From: Perna viridis
Lineage: Eukaryota
DNA: 64,000 bases
Direction: 5' to 3'
NCBI GenBank assembly: GCA_037379345.1
Contig: CM074512.1
Span: 36,890,001 to 36,954,000 of the forward strand
Shown: positions 12,301 through 25,700 of the stretch, one piece after another
How the letters are laid out: the number at the start of each line of letters is the position of its first letter
Numbering within the stretch: the first letter of the stretch is position 1
Translations under genes and position numbers: made by a program
Notes under the pieces: generated by a model
What the model was told of the DNA's origin: nothing
Database searches by the model: none
The model's input: the letters and a program-made list of their open reading frames with translations, nothing else

Positions 12301-15300
12301 TTAAAAAAATGTATTAGATTTCCAATTAAAATATTAATTCGTCATTGACTGATACAATGAATTCAAAGGCCAGTCAAACCAAGAGTTGTGCAAATTCACA
12401 ATAAAGGTTTTGCACTGACCTTAAAAAATTTCCATAGTTTGATGTAACAAACAATTTCTTTGGGTACCAATTTTCATGTTGTGGTGAAATGAAAAATTTA
12501 TTGGGGTTCTGATCCAATGGAAACAATTTCTTTGGGTACTGATCCAATGGTTTGGTCAAATGAATAATTTTTTTAGGTCCCAATCAACGATTTGGTCAAA
12601 CAAACCTTTTCTCAGAATAAAAAGATAAGTGGTTTATTCCCACAAATTCAATTTCCAAATGAAATGTAAAATTTCATATGCAGCTTTACAAGTTCATATG
12701 AAATAAAAGAATTTAAAATTTCAGGAATTATCAAGATTTTGACAAAAACTAATATCAACAAATAAAGTACCTTCACAGTATCCAGTTTGAACAAAAGAAA
12801 TTTGCATGTTAGAAAATTCCGGACGGATTTCAAATCAAAGGCACTCTTACAAATTACCTGACAAGCATGAACAGAATCGATTCAAATTAAAATGGATCAC
12901 ATGACTGATTCAAAATGGAAATCTACAAAAGATGAATGAATATGCATATCATGTACTTGTATAAATGTACACATAAAAATGTAATTACTACATAGTACAC
13001 TGAAGAAAATAAGAATAGGTTATGTATAAACACAAGCGGTTTTGAACTGATATTACATAATATTAAATTTTTAATGAAAACATTGAAAATATTTTTTTAT
13101 GAAAGACAGAAAATTTTTTTTTTTATTATAAATCAGAGAAAACCTCAGACCAAAGACAATTTTCAGTGTTACAATTCTTTTTTTAATCGCTGTAAAGAGC
13201 CAAAATGTTTTGTTAAAAAAGAGCAGTTTTCATTGTTTAAATAAAGAACATGAAAATGCAGATGAAATAATTTTTGAGTGCTTCATCATTTTGTAACATT
13301 TAAGAAAAGTTTAAAAAGTATAAATTCTGAGATTATAACAATCTATGAATATGCATTTCATGTACTAAATGAAATCATAATTAGGGCGTCATTTCAGCAT
13401 CATATTATAAGGATCTTTTGAGCAATTAATGTCAAACAGACCTTTAACATATTATTAATCCTCCACTAACCAATGATAAATACACCTTTTATTTACAATT
13501 CCACACATTTCTATTTACATTATCTTATTTTAACAAGACCAGCACATAAAAAATACTGTACATTAGAGAAAACAAAACAAAGATAAACTTGGACGGAATA
13601 GATGAATAAATTCTATAATAAATAATAAATTAAATGAATTAAACCTTCCATATCAAAACGACCACTAAAATACTTCAAACTAATTAAAAACAAAAACTGT
13701 TAAGTACATTCATGAAAATGGTAAAAACAGGATCACATTTCATAAAATCAAAAGCACTTTAATTACAATTAAGTTTTTTTTCTGATAAAAAATCAGAATA
13801 TAACAAATTATGCTACAGTTTGGAATAGAATGTCTTCTTAGTATACATAAAAACTAACTAATCTTGATTATTAATATTATTTTTTATGCTTGAATTAGAT
13901 CACTTTTAAAAAAAAAACATAAAAAAGCCTAAACCAGGAAGTATAATCCTCTATCTATATTCACATTTCTATTTATCAAGTCTTGAATACTGAATGATTT
14001 GTTTCTATACTTGTTCAACTTGTTCTGAAACATCTACAAAAAAATGTCAACAGAACTAGACTAGCATTACATTTATACTTTTTCAATCATTAAAAACTTC
14101 ATAATTACAGCCAATTTTGCTAAAATCTTAGTAGATCAATTGTCTTTGACTTAAATAATATGTCAATAATTGAGCTTATCATGAAAAAGTGCTGCAGCAG
14201 GAATTAACTATTTTATACAACTCATGTTGTATTGTTCAATTGATCTGAAACTTGTATAAAGTTAAAATTTTGCACAACTTAAAAGTGGTGTGTTGTTCTA
14301 TGAATTCTTAAAAATCTTGTACAACTTGTCTTTAAATGAGACTAAAAATTCTTTTATAAAATTGTAAGCTACAGTATTTCATTCCTAGCAAATACTACAA
14401 GAAAAGCTGGTGATGGTATAAGCTACATTTTATTCCGTGAGACTTACCCTCACTTAGTCTTGTAAGATATATGGTTTCGATGAATATCATTATTTATTAA
14501 TTACAATTTTTGGCTTTACATCAAGCAACCATCCAATGATTAAGGGCTGTCATAGAATTAAATCTGCTGGGGTTGATATTTATTTTTTACGTACACTAGA
14601 TTGTTTGCAGAAAAAGAATAAGGTCGACATCTTTCGTTGAAAATTAAGTATCAGGATTGAAATTAAGTGGAACCAAAATAAGAATCTTATCTTACATTTG
14701 TTAATAATTATTGAAGGTCTATCAGATGAATAGATGTATACAATTGAACTAACCGTCTAAAAATATGAAATATAATCAGTAAGTTTTCATATTTATGATC
14801 AATGATTTCACAAAATGGAATGACATCAGAGCTTCTTTTCCGTAAATGCATAAAAAGATAAACTAATCCTTACATATATTCATAGATTAACCCACTGGAC
14901 TTAATGATACATGCAATGATTTGTTGTAGCCACTGAACTTAATGATATATGAAATGATATGTTGGTAATATAATTTGAACTACCACTATATATATATTAA
15001 CTGATATTTTCAGCTAATAAGAATTATCTTAACTGATTAATACTGTTCATTTTGTGAGATTTTTTCTAGATGTAGTCCATCCAACAGTATGTATGTAAAA
15101 TACTGTCAATTACACAGACCAGAATTCATTTGCATACCTAATAAATTGTTAGCCCAGCTATAGCAAACTTAGCAATGGGTTATAAGTATTTTGCAATTGA
15201 GATATTGGATTGTAAGTCTAAATATAGGAAAATGACATCATTATTAGTCCTTTAATTTTGCAATAAAATACAAAAAGCTCAAACAGTGTTATCCCTGCAA

Positions 15301-16464
15301 TAACTTCTAAAATATCTTATTTTACACATATTATATTTATCACAGCCAATGCTTCAGCAATGCCCCCTTCTTTTGTGGTCTTTCCGCCAATCTTTTATTT
15401 ACAACAATAATATGGGCAGCAAATCTTATAAAATCAGTTGTTACCACTTCTGATTCGTAAATATTGACAGTTCACTGCTTTCACTATTTGTACAAATTTT
15501 AATATAGAGATTAAACAATGGTAAAATGTAAATATGTGCATGGCAATGTTAAAGAATTATCACAAAGTTTCGTAGCACTTAACAAACACTCTCACACTCA
15601 TATAACATGTTTCTTTTTCACAGCAAATGCCACAACTCCTTTAGACTATATACATGTGTACTTGGTAAAAACAAGTTTATTCATTCACTAATTATTTTCT
15701 TTATTATAAAATACTGGTAATCTTCAAATTTCTTTATATACTGGAAATATATCCCTTCTTTCATTTTCTTGTGCTATAAAAGTAGCATTCTCAAGGTGGG
15801 TTAATATAAGCTTCAATTTGTTAATACATAATGTTCCCACTTAAGTTATTCTTTTAGAAACCAAGCCTAATTGAGAAACCCACTCAATAAATGTGTGAAT
15901 ACATTAAATATTTCATGCTGTTACACACTAAATTATTTTGTCTTCAGCATTATATAGCATGTATTTTAATGTATTTGTAACACACCACTATGCTAGTATG
16001 AGCAGCAAGTTTTGCTTTCTATAGTATTATTCATGATATTTCCAATATACTGTATTTTGATAAGTAAATAATAATCCTACATAGTATGATAACTGAACTA
16101 CGCATGTTGTTAATATTTAAACATATGTATGTAAACCTAGACTTATCTAAATTCTTCTTAATTCATCACATTACAATAAATATGTTTACATGTTTTAGTA
16201 ACTTGTTTTAGTTTTATTACTTAGAGAGGTAGAAAAGTAACTATACTTCAGTTTGAGGTCACAACATTAACTCTATATACATATATTCTAAGACGTATTT
16301 GTATGATCGCCAGGTGTTTTGCATTCCACAAACTAGAAAATTCTCACAACATTCCTTTTCCTTCCATAACTGACTAATTTTAACCAAGCACACACAACAA
16401 CAAAAGGCAATATCGCCCATAACAAATGACCAGTGGTCTAATATAATTTATCACAGACAGAAAT

Positions 16465-16721
16465 TCATCTTTCCAACAATTCATGTAACAAATCTAGATG
16501 CCGAGGTGTGACATTTGGGTCACCTTGGGCCTTGTCCATTAAAGTAGAACCCATCTCTCCATACAGGGCATGAACTAGCGTGTGTGTGGCAGACCTGATA
16601 CTAGAGCTCCCGCCCTGAACTGCCCCACTACTGTTTGTGGCTCCCAGTAAATGCCACAGAAGCGGCAACACATGTAGCACCACTTGTTTCTGTTTCCGTG
16701 AGTATACAGTTCTCACCAAAT
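16465..16721 (-). CDS. TOGARAM1: TOGARAM1 last coding exon (TOG4 end)
   Basis: tttgcag acceptor, phase 1, DLVRTVYSRKQKQVVLHVLPLLWHLL... to TGA. Confidence 0.92.
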
Positions 16722-19700
16722 CTGCAAAAGTAATTACATCTTTTACTTGGCAATCTAAAACATTTTTTTAGTTATTTTATGCAATAAAGTTTGATACATA
16801 CTAAGGAAATGTAAAAAGAAAAGAGGTAAAGGGACCAAAAATGACAGTGTAGTTCAGCTCATTTTAACAACAAACCACAATGATGGAGATCTTCTTACTA
16901 ATTCTGATAGGGTATTTTTCCCAAAAATGCCTAACTTTTTATCCAATATGGATGACATCAACTCCAGACATACCTGCAACTTTGACAACCAAATCAGGTT
17001 TACTCCTGGCATTAGCTGACTGGGCTTGGTTAGCCAAAGGCTGTAACAATAATCCTCCATCTACAAGTAAATGTTTTAATATTTTATTTATATAATAAGA
17101 TGAAATTACAGTGGTGAATTTACATAGAGTGATTAATGTAAAACTAATAGTAAATGATGACATTACAGTAATGATAGTTTTGTTTTTGAGAAATGAACCA
17201 ATGATTCAGTTGTAGTGGAAAGTTCAACATAAAAACTTTGATAAACCTATGAAAAAGACCCAGTCATTGTCAAATATTGGCATAAAAGGCAAATGTTTTA
17301 TTACCTGACCATAGGTTACTTAACTTTCCAGACAGATTCTTTTGGGGAAATCAAAATTTCCTGCTAAAGCCTTTCCTCATAATCTGAAATCTTTATACTT
17401 GAAATTTGACAAACATTTATTTAATGTGTACATTAGAGAAATTTTAATCAAACTTCTGTTTTACTTAAGGCTAAAAAAATGTCTATTTCCTGCTACCCTT
17501 CATATTTGTTTTTCTTGCTGGTTGCTTGAAACAAGACTATTATTTTTTGGGGCCTAACATTGATAATTTTTAGTCACTGATTTATGGGGTCACATGTGAA
17601 ATAATAACTATTTATTACTTTACATCAATAAGTATTTCCTATTATCCCACCATATATACTTAAGTATAAGTTGATCTGCCTATAAGTCAGACCCCAATTT
17701 TCAGTCCAGAATTTCTTGAGCCTAGCCTTTACCCACTCTAAGTCAGATTGTTTTCTGACAGCTGCATAGCTAACATTCCTTAATTACAATGAGTATACCT
17801 GTTTGTTTTGATAACTTCATAAATGTTGAAATAAATAATCACAAGGCAGAGTTGTTCTTTCAGTAGTAAGTACTATTAAATTCTTGACAAGCCATTTGAA
17901 TCGTTTTGAAGTGGCCATTTTTTTCATTCATTTTAATTTTGGTACAACCAAAAACAAAAATTGAAATCATAAATATATGGAACAACAAAGTTTATGATAC
18001 TCTAAAAACTCATTTTTTGAAGATATTTCGGTAAGTTAAGATGTTTTATGTAAGGAAAAAGAAATTTATAAAAAGAAATGTTATAAATAACGAAAATAAT
18101 GGTTACTTTAGTCATTAGACCTTTAAGTTTTTGGCTATGCCAGTGTACACAAGTAAAAATCAATTCACAAAATGGATGAGTGGGAAATATGAATAAAATC
18201 ATAGAAGGCCAGTATTAAGGCAAAATAAAGAGTAAACAGTAAATATCCTTTTTACTGTATCATATTTCAGCTGTAAATGGTAGATGAAGAAAGTCTTCCT
18301 AAAAATGACGTTTACAATTCAAACATTGGGGTACTAGTAAACGGCACCGGCCTGGCTATTAAATACTAGTGTTAGGCTCATGTCAATTACCAAGCTTTTG
18401 ACAATTTCAAGCTAAAAATTTTAATTCATATCCTAGTTCTTGTCTATAAGTCGAAGCCCTTTCTAGCAATTAAAAATTTGGTTCCCAAAATCCAAGTTTT
18501 AGGCGAATATACACGATAAGTTAGAAATACAGGGACTTCAGGTAGGTGTGTAATATAAACCAAATTACGTACCAATATTTTGCATGAGAGCAGAAATTAT
18601 ATCCATAGCTGTGTGGTAAATTTCTTTATTCTTGGACGAAAGGTTTGGAGCCACATTGCCAACAGCCATGTTTAATACTGCCGCTAAAGAGTCTGTTAAT
18701 AATGGTATGATTTGTTGGAATACTTGTAAAGCATACAGGTTGACCTTACTGTTTGGGTCTTGTAAACGAGGTAAAAACTTATCAAATATCTGAAAAGAAA
18801 ATGCTAACATGTATAAATTCATTTCAAGTTAAAAGTAAAAAAAAAACTTCACAATCGCAACAATGACATAATTGATACATGTGTTTTACACAATCTTTCT
18901 CCTTTATAACTAATCTTATGTTGTGATGGTACAAATTTTCTAAGGTTTCACAGTTTGATTTGTTCATTAAGGTCATGTGAAAACTTTTAAACCATTCAAA
19001 TGATCATAAATCTGTTTAACCAAACACATGATTGTAATAAGGCTACTAAATATAGTTAATTTTCTCTGGTATTTCATACGTGTATGCACAAAAATAAGGA
19101 CAAAATGTATGCAGATTTTCTATCACACCTTTGAAAAAAATACAGTAGGTAGGAAATTTTTTTCTCCTTTTTTTTTTTACAATGGCTATATGGGAGAAAC
19201 ATACCGGCTTTAGCAGTATTTATCATAATATGAAAAAAAAAATTATGGTACACTAAGCTGAAAAAAAAGGATGTAAGGTAATAGGAAACTCACATTTTTT
19301 TAATTTGGCCTAATGCAATAAACTTCAATGTATCATGTTTCATGTACATGTATTAATTTTATATATTCTCTAATGTGAGGATAGCATTCTCTTTTTTATA
19401 TTGTGAGTAAAGACAAATTTGTACATATTGATCTTCAGCATGTGAATTTGTCATATAGAAATAGAAGATGTGGTATGTTCATCAACCAATTTCCATCTTT
19501 TATTGTCATTATTTTCATCTATATTTGCAAAATCTTATTACCTTGATAACATTTGCAGATACAACTTGAGGACTTTGTTCACAGAATTCCAGAAGCTGTG
19601 TTATACCCTTATGTCGATCTTTCCAATCATTGGAGGAGATTAGACTTGTCATCCTCTTTATTTCATCCTGTGTATTCTCATCCATTCTTACAAACTTTTT

Positions 19701-22700
19701 GGGTGATGAACTGGTATTTTCACTACAATGAGAAAAGATGAAATTTATTTTTACAGTAAATCAACTAAGCGGTTGAAACCTAGAGCTCATTTTTAAAATG
19801 AAATTGTGGGGGGAGGGGGGGGGGAACCAAATTAATCAACTTTTCTTTACATTAACTACTAAACAACATTTTTTAGTAAAGGTAAATATTGCTCACAACT
19901 CAACCTTATGGTTAATACATTTTACCATGTAAATGAATAAAATATCAACACAAGTGATAAAATTAACAAAAACATACCTGCTTGCCGATCCACCCCTCAC
20001 AATAGAGCCAGCTCTACTTGTGGGACCAGACCGCAACCCTCTTGCAGAGGAGGATTCACTAGGCATTTCACCAAGACCCTGAAATGTAAAAAAAACATGA
20101 ATTATATAATTAGCAGTATTAAGGTGTCAATCAATATTTGTTTTGATATTTACAATATTTATATTAATATTTAATTTCTGTTGTTATTAATATAATTCAT
20201 CATGAGCTAGTATTGATTAAAATACTATGCATAACACTCAATTATAAAATTTTGTTCTGCAAAAAATAAGTATACTAAGTATACAAGAAATAGCGACTTA
20301 GTTATCAGTTGTCTAAATATATGGAATAATGGTTTTCTCAACTGATATCACATATTTGTATAAAAGTTGAAACAGAACATTTTCAATCACAGCCAACAAC
20401 AGCCCCTCAACCCATATAAACCCCCATGCTATCTCTCAGGTTTTATACTCTAAGTTGTTAACCAAAGTGAAAAAAAACCAATTTGATACTCTATAAATAA
20501 ACCTGAACTTACCTTGACCTTGATATTTTCGACAACGTCCTTAATATTTCTCAGAGTATTTGATGGCAAGTGTTTTTCCAACATCTTGTTGAAATCAGGA
20601 TGACCCATCAGGAGATTTAATATCTTCCTTCCATTGTACCTTAAAAGATGACATCCAGATACTTAATAACACATATTTATAACTTACTCAAACATGACTC
20701 AAGGTTAATAACTTTTCTAGTAAGTAAAAGACTTATAAGTTTTATGAAGTTAAGAAAAAGGAAACATCCCTTTGCTTAGTTGACTAGAAGAAATCATACC
20801 AACACCCTGAAAATTACAAAAAAAAATGAAGAAGAAATATAGCAATTTTTTTTCATTAGTATATATGTTACTAATTAGGATTAGTGTAGATCTAAATTCA
20901 TAGAGATCATTTTGTCCTCTTTAGTGGCAACCTTCAAAATCTCTATAATTACATATAAGTGCATTAACATCGATATCACTTGGAAAGCCTGATATACTTT
21001 AAAAAAAAATATGCAAGGGCTATTTGTGACATGATAAAACTGTATTCATATCTTTGTTTGTGTTCTTACTGTTTCTTGTTAATTATCAACAATTGAAATT
21101 CTGATTGCAAATCTTCAGTTTTAAGTGAATAATAGTAATGAAGAATGTTTGTCATGTTGACCTTGCACTGTTGTACTACAGTCGCATTCAAGAAATATAG
21201 AATCTTACACTAAATGTGATGTTAGACACCATTTCTGTACTCCAAGAAGTTAAATTTTCAAGTTATAAACATGAGGCTTGTCAAGCCTTTTCAAGTTGAA
21301 ATTTTAACTATCAAGAGAGTAGAAATGCAGTTTTACACACAATGTGGTGTAATATTCAGTTTCTGTAATGATTTTAAAGAAAATCCACATTCCAAAGTTC
21401 AAAGGGGTATAACCCGACAAAATGCAGCAAATCAGTGTCCTCACTACTTGCAAAGTTTCAGGAAACTTTCAAAAGTTTGGGACAAACAGGGCAAAAACAA
21501 TGTCTCCTCACTAAAGTTGAAAAGATGATCAATTGTTTTGACAGTTACTATGGAATTCCAACCAACTAACTGCTGAAAATTTACCTGGTTTCTGGTGAAC
21601 TATCAAGACAAAAATGAGCTGCAGTTGGTAAAATGCGATCAGTGATATCTTTGATTCCACTCAGTACCTTCCCTGGACCCAACTTCTCTACAACTTGTAC
21701 CACATAATGAGAAGTGGTCCGACGTACATTGACATTTTTATGACTGAAATAGAATAAATTTACTTCATGAAATATTTTGAAAGATCATTATACATGTTAT
21801 ACATATGAACTTATGAAAGCAAAAAAATACAAAAGCCAAACAGAAATACACAACAAATTTTGATACAACATTTTAACAATTACAAAGCCATAAAAATCAA
21901 TTTCCAATTACTACTGAGCAATATTCCTCAATTTTTCTTCTAAAAAATTCAAGAAATATTAATATAATGCATACTGTATATTAAATGTTTAACAGTTTAG
22001 GTAAAAGAGAATTAATGATATATTGTGCATCTACTTATAGATCATGCTGAGGTATCAGTTCAATCATTTCAATACTGTAAATCCACTATATAAACAATGT
22101 AATAATCATTGTATGTAGATAATTATATTGTTTAGCTGCTAGTGCTACAACAGTTATTGCTTTTTCGCATTTTTTACACTTTATATCAATACAGCTGGAG
22201 AGCAACTTAGCAACCAACCTATTAAAGAGCTAAATTTCAATAATTAAACTGGGACCTTAGCTACAATGTTTTATACGTATTGACTTTCAAGATCACCTCC
22301 ATCTTTTTGTGTACATGTCATAATTAGAACATAAGTGTGAAAGAAGGCTTTTTATTTATTTGACTTCATCTCATATGCTAGTACCAAAACGAAAAATGCA
22401 GGAATTAATTCATGAACTTCAAATAAGATTCAATTACCACACCCAAAATTACAAATTTTCAGAACACTGACATTTAACACAAAAAATGTCAATTTAAAAT
22501 GTATTTCTTTGTGCTATGTGACAGATACTTACGTAGCACCACCCGAGATAAGGGCTAAAAGTGAGCGTTGAGGGGTCACATTTGTAACCATAGCAGCTAA
22601 AACTTTATCGACATCTTCACGAATAAATCCATTACTTTCACCATTCTTTGCCAGCAAGGTCTTGGCAGTTAAATCAACATCCTGAAACATAACACTATGT

Positions 22701-25700
22701 ACCATAATACATCCTTTTTTATGATGGTTTTGTTTTATTGGTCCTGATTCCCCATATATAGCATAAATGGAAGTGAGTACATGTATAGCAACCTAACTTT
22801 CAATAAAAATATGCATACTCGGTTATGATCTAAATATAAGTGATGGCTTAATATTGTTGGCAAATCATTTAACATAGTGCTGATCATTGTTGAATTGAAT
22901 TACTGTCAATATTTTATTTAGGTTGCATAATCATGTACACACAAACAAGTAGGTGGCAAGCCTCAACTTTGTCACCTCTTTTATAGCTTGATTAATAAAT
23001 CCATACTGTAAGATTGATAAATTCCAATAATAACATAGTTCACCTAGTTAAAGATAATTTACCAATGCTATTTTCTCATTAGGCTGATTGATTGTTAAAA
23101 ACCCTGCCCTATATTTTTTTTCTTATAAGGTTACAGTATGTTACGAATAAGGTCCTACTCCCTTTCTTCCCCGAGTTCTACTTACTGCATCCATCCTTTT
23201 CTGAAGATGCACAAATAAATCACCAATACAGACAATAGCTGATCTGGAAACTTGCGATCTCAAATTCTTCACCTAAAACATCAGAACATTTATTGATTTA
23301 ATAAAATTCTACTTTAACATCAAATGTCAGAACTAGAAAAAACAATGAAAAATTACAGGACACATGAGACAAATAAATGAAATAAAGTACGACCAATTTT
23401 TTATTGTTATGCATTTCCCTTAAAAATTTACAAAAATTACAACAAAAAACATTAAACTTTCTTCATAACATATTCATTTTATCGAAAGAGTTATGTCAAT
23501 TTAAGACAAACTTCTTCATAACATATTCATTTTATCGAAAGAGTTATGTCAATTTAAGACAAACTGGCCAAACTACAATTGTATTCACATAATTACGTAC
23601 CTCTTTTAAGATTGCCAATAATACATTATGTAGCTGATTTGAAAGCGTGTCTGGGTGAAACAAAGCCAGCCGACGAATACTGTTCAGACCATTACACTTG
23701 ACTTCCCTAAAAATTAATAGAAGTCAAATCAAACAAAAAGATAAACACAAAAAAAAAACCAATTAATACAACCTAATCAGTGCAGCTTTTGTTTTTTTCT
23801 ATTACAATGTTTAGTATTTTTTTTCAGTTTTTCGTTTGTCTATAAAGTTATACCAACAGAGACATTGATATTCCTAATTTTTACTTTTCTTCTGATTGAG
23901 TTATTATTAATTTTCCAACACCCAGACTGCACTCTACAACCTCCAATACCAAACTTACCATTCTTCATTTGAAACACAATTCATTGCATCACGGAGAGCG
24001 TGATCTGGGTCCCTGTAAGGCTGCCAGTCATCTGGGTTATCTGATTCTAACACAGATTTTGACGTTTCTGACGTTTGACTAGGACTGCAAAATTTACAAA
24101 CATGACTGATTAGTATCTTCAAAGTTTTCATTTTTATTTATAGAGGAACAGAACTGGCAACAACCTCAGCAACTAAAAACTATACTTTGAACTACTATGG
24201 GATATCCATATCAGTTCAAATACATAAAACATTGCAAAACTTACTAGCACTATGTTCTCGAAATCACAAATATCAATGCCAATTGAACCAGATAAAACCT
24301 GTTTCATTTAAAAGCTATTTTGCCTGTATTTCCTCATTATATATTTCATATCAGTAAAGTACTAACAGGATTACATGTATAAAGTTGAATGAAAACACTA
24401 AAAATTGATAATGTTTAGCAAACTTAAGTTTGTATCTTTTCAGTAATAAATGTGATAAGAATTACAAACTATGAATCACTAATGAATTAAAATATCCAGA
24501 CTTAGAGAAATTTACACAATTAGCCGAAGAATGAAAGCCATTCAACACATCAATATTATTTCATATTGTCACAAATCAATATGAAATATTACAAAAGGAT
24601 TCATTCAATAGTAAAAAAAACACAAAGCACTGAAATACTCACGATGTAACTATCATAGCAACGATGTTGCATAATAATTCATAAAAAATGTCATTGTTTC
24701 AGATGCAAATAATCCACTTACGTTTTCTTCATTGGTTTCCTTGGAGACAACGAAGGTGAGGCTCTGGTTTTCGGTGTACTAGAACCAGATGATGGGTTTG
24801 ATATTGATATTGCTGTAAATACAAAGAATAAACATTAATTTTCTCTCCAGCATAGACACCAAGCACAGATACCTGATCATTATGTATCATTAATGTACAT
24901 GGAAATGCTGCAGCTGCACTAATTTATCTCTTCTATTTCAGAAAAAAAACCCAAGAACTAATGAGTTTGTTTGTTTGTTGGGGTTTAACGCCCGATCAGC
25001 AATATTTCAGCTATATTCAGAACTAACGAGAAAACTCCATATAATTGAATAAGGCCATGGAAAACAGCTACTTTCATTAGATGTTCAAAAATGCAGGTTC
25101 CTGTGGATTGTTTGTAGGATAGAAATACAGATACAGATAAATCTTGCTTAAAATTAAAGAGAAAAAACAAAATTAACATATTTGCAAAAACACACTATAT
25201 CCCTGACCCACTAGGGCTAAAACTTGAAGTAAAGTTAGAAATACAATATGTAGTTCCAAAGAACCAACCAAGCTTTGGAAATACCATGAATTACGAAACT
25301 TCTAATAAAGCAAGAAATGATTTTTTTCTTTCTTTTTAACTTAGCCTATCAATAACTTTTATGTGAGACTTAAAAAGGGATTTCATCAAAAGATGGAATG
25401 TCCCTATGACACAAATGTTTCTACTATGCAACACCTTTTCCTATCTTAATTATAATCACATCATGAAAGTCTAAAAGAAATTGACATTTCAGCAGATTGG
25501 TGATGATGAAGGCTGATAATTTGTCAAACTGACAACTATACTACCTAAAAACTACAATATGATAATACGACTTTAATCAATACAACTAATGAACAGCTCA
25601 TATTTGAAAAAAAAACCTATTAAAACATCATTTAGTCAAAGAAGCACAATTACCACAAATACAAGCTGTATCTAATGTTACGTGCGAATCTCAAAATCAT

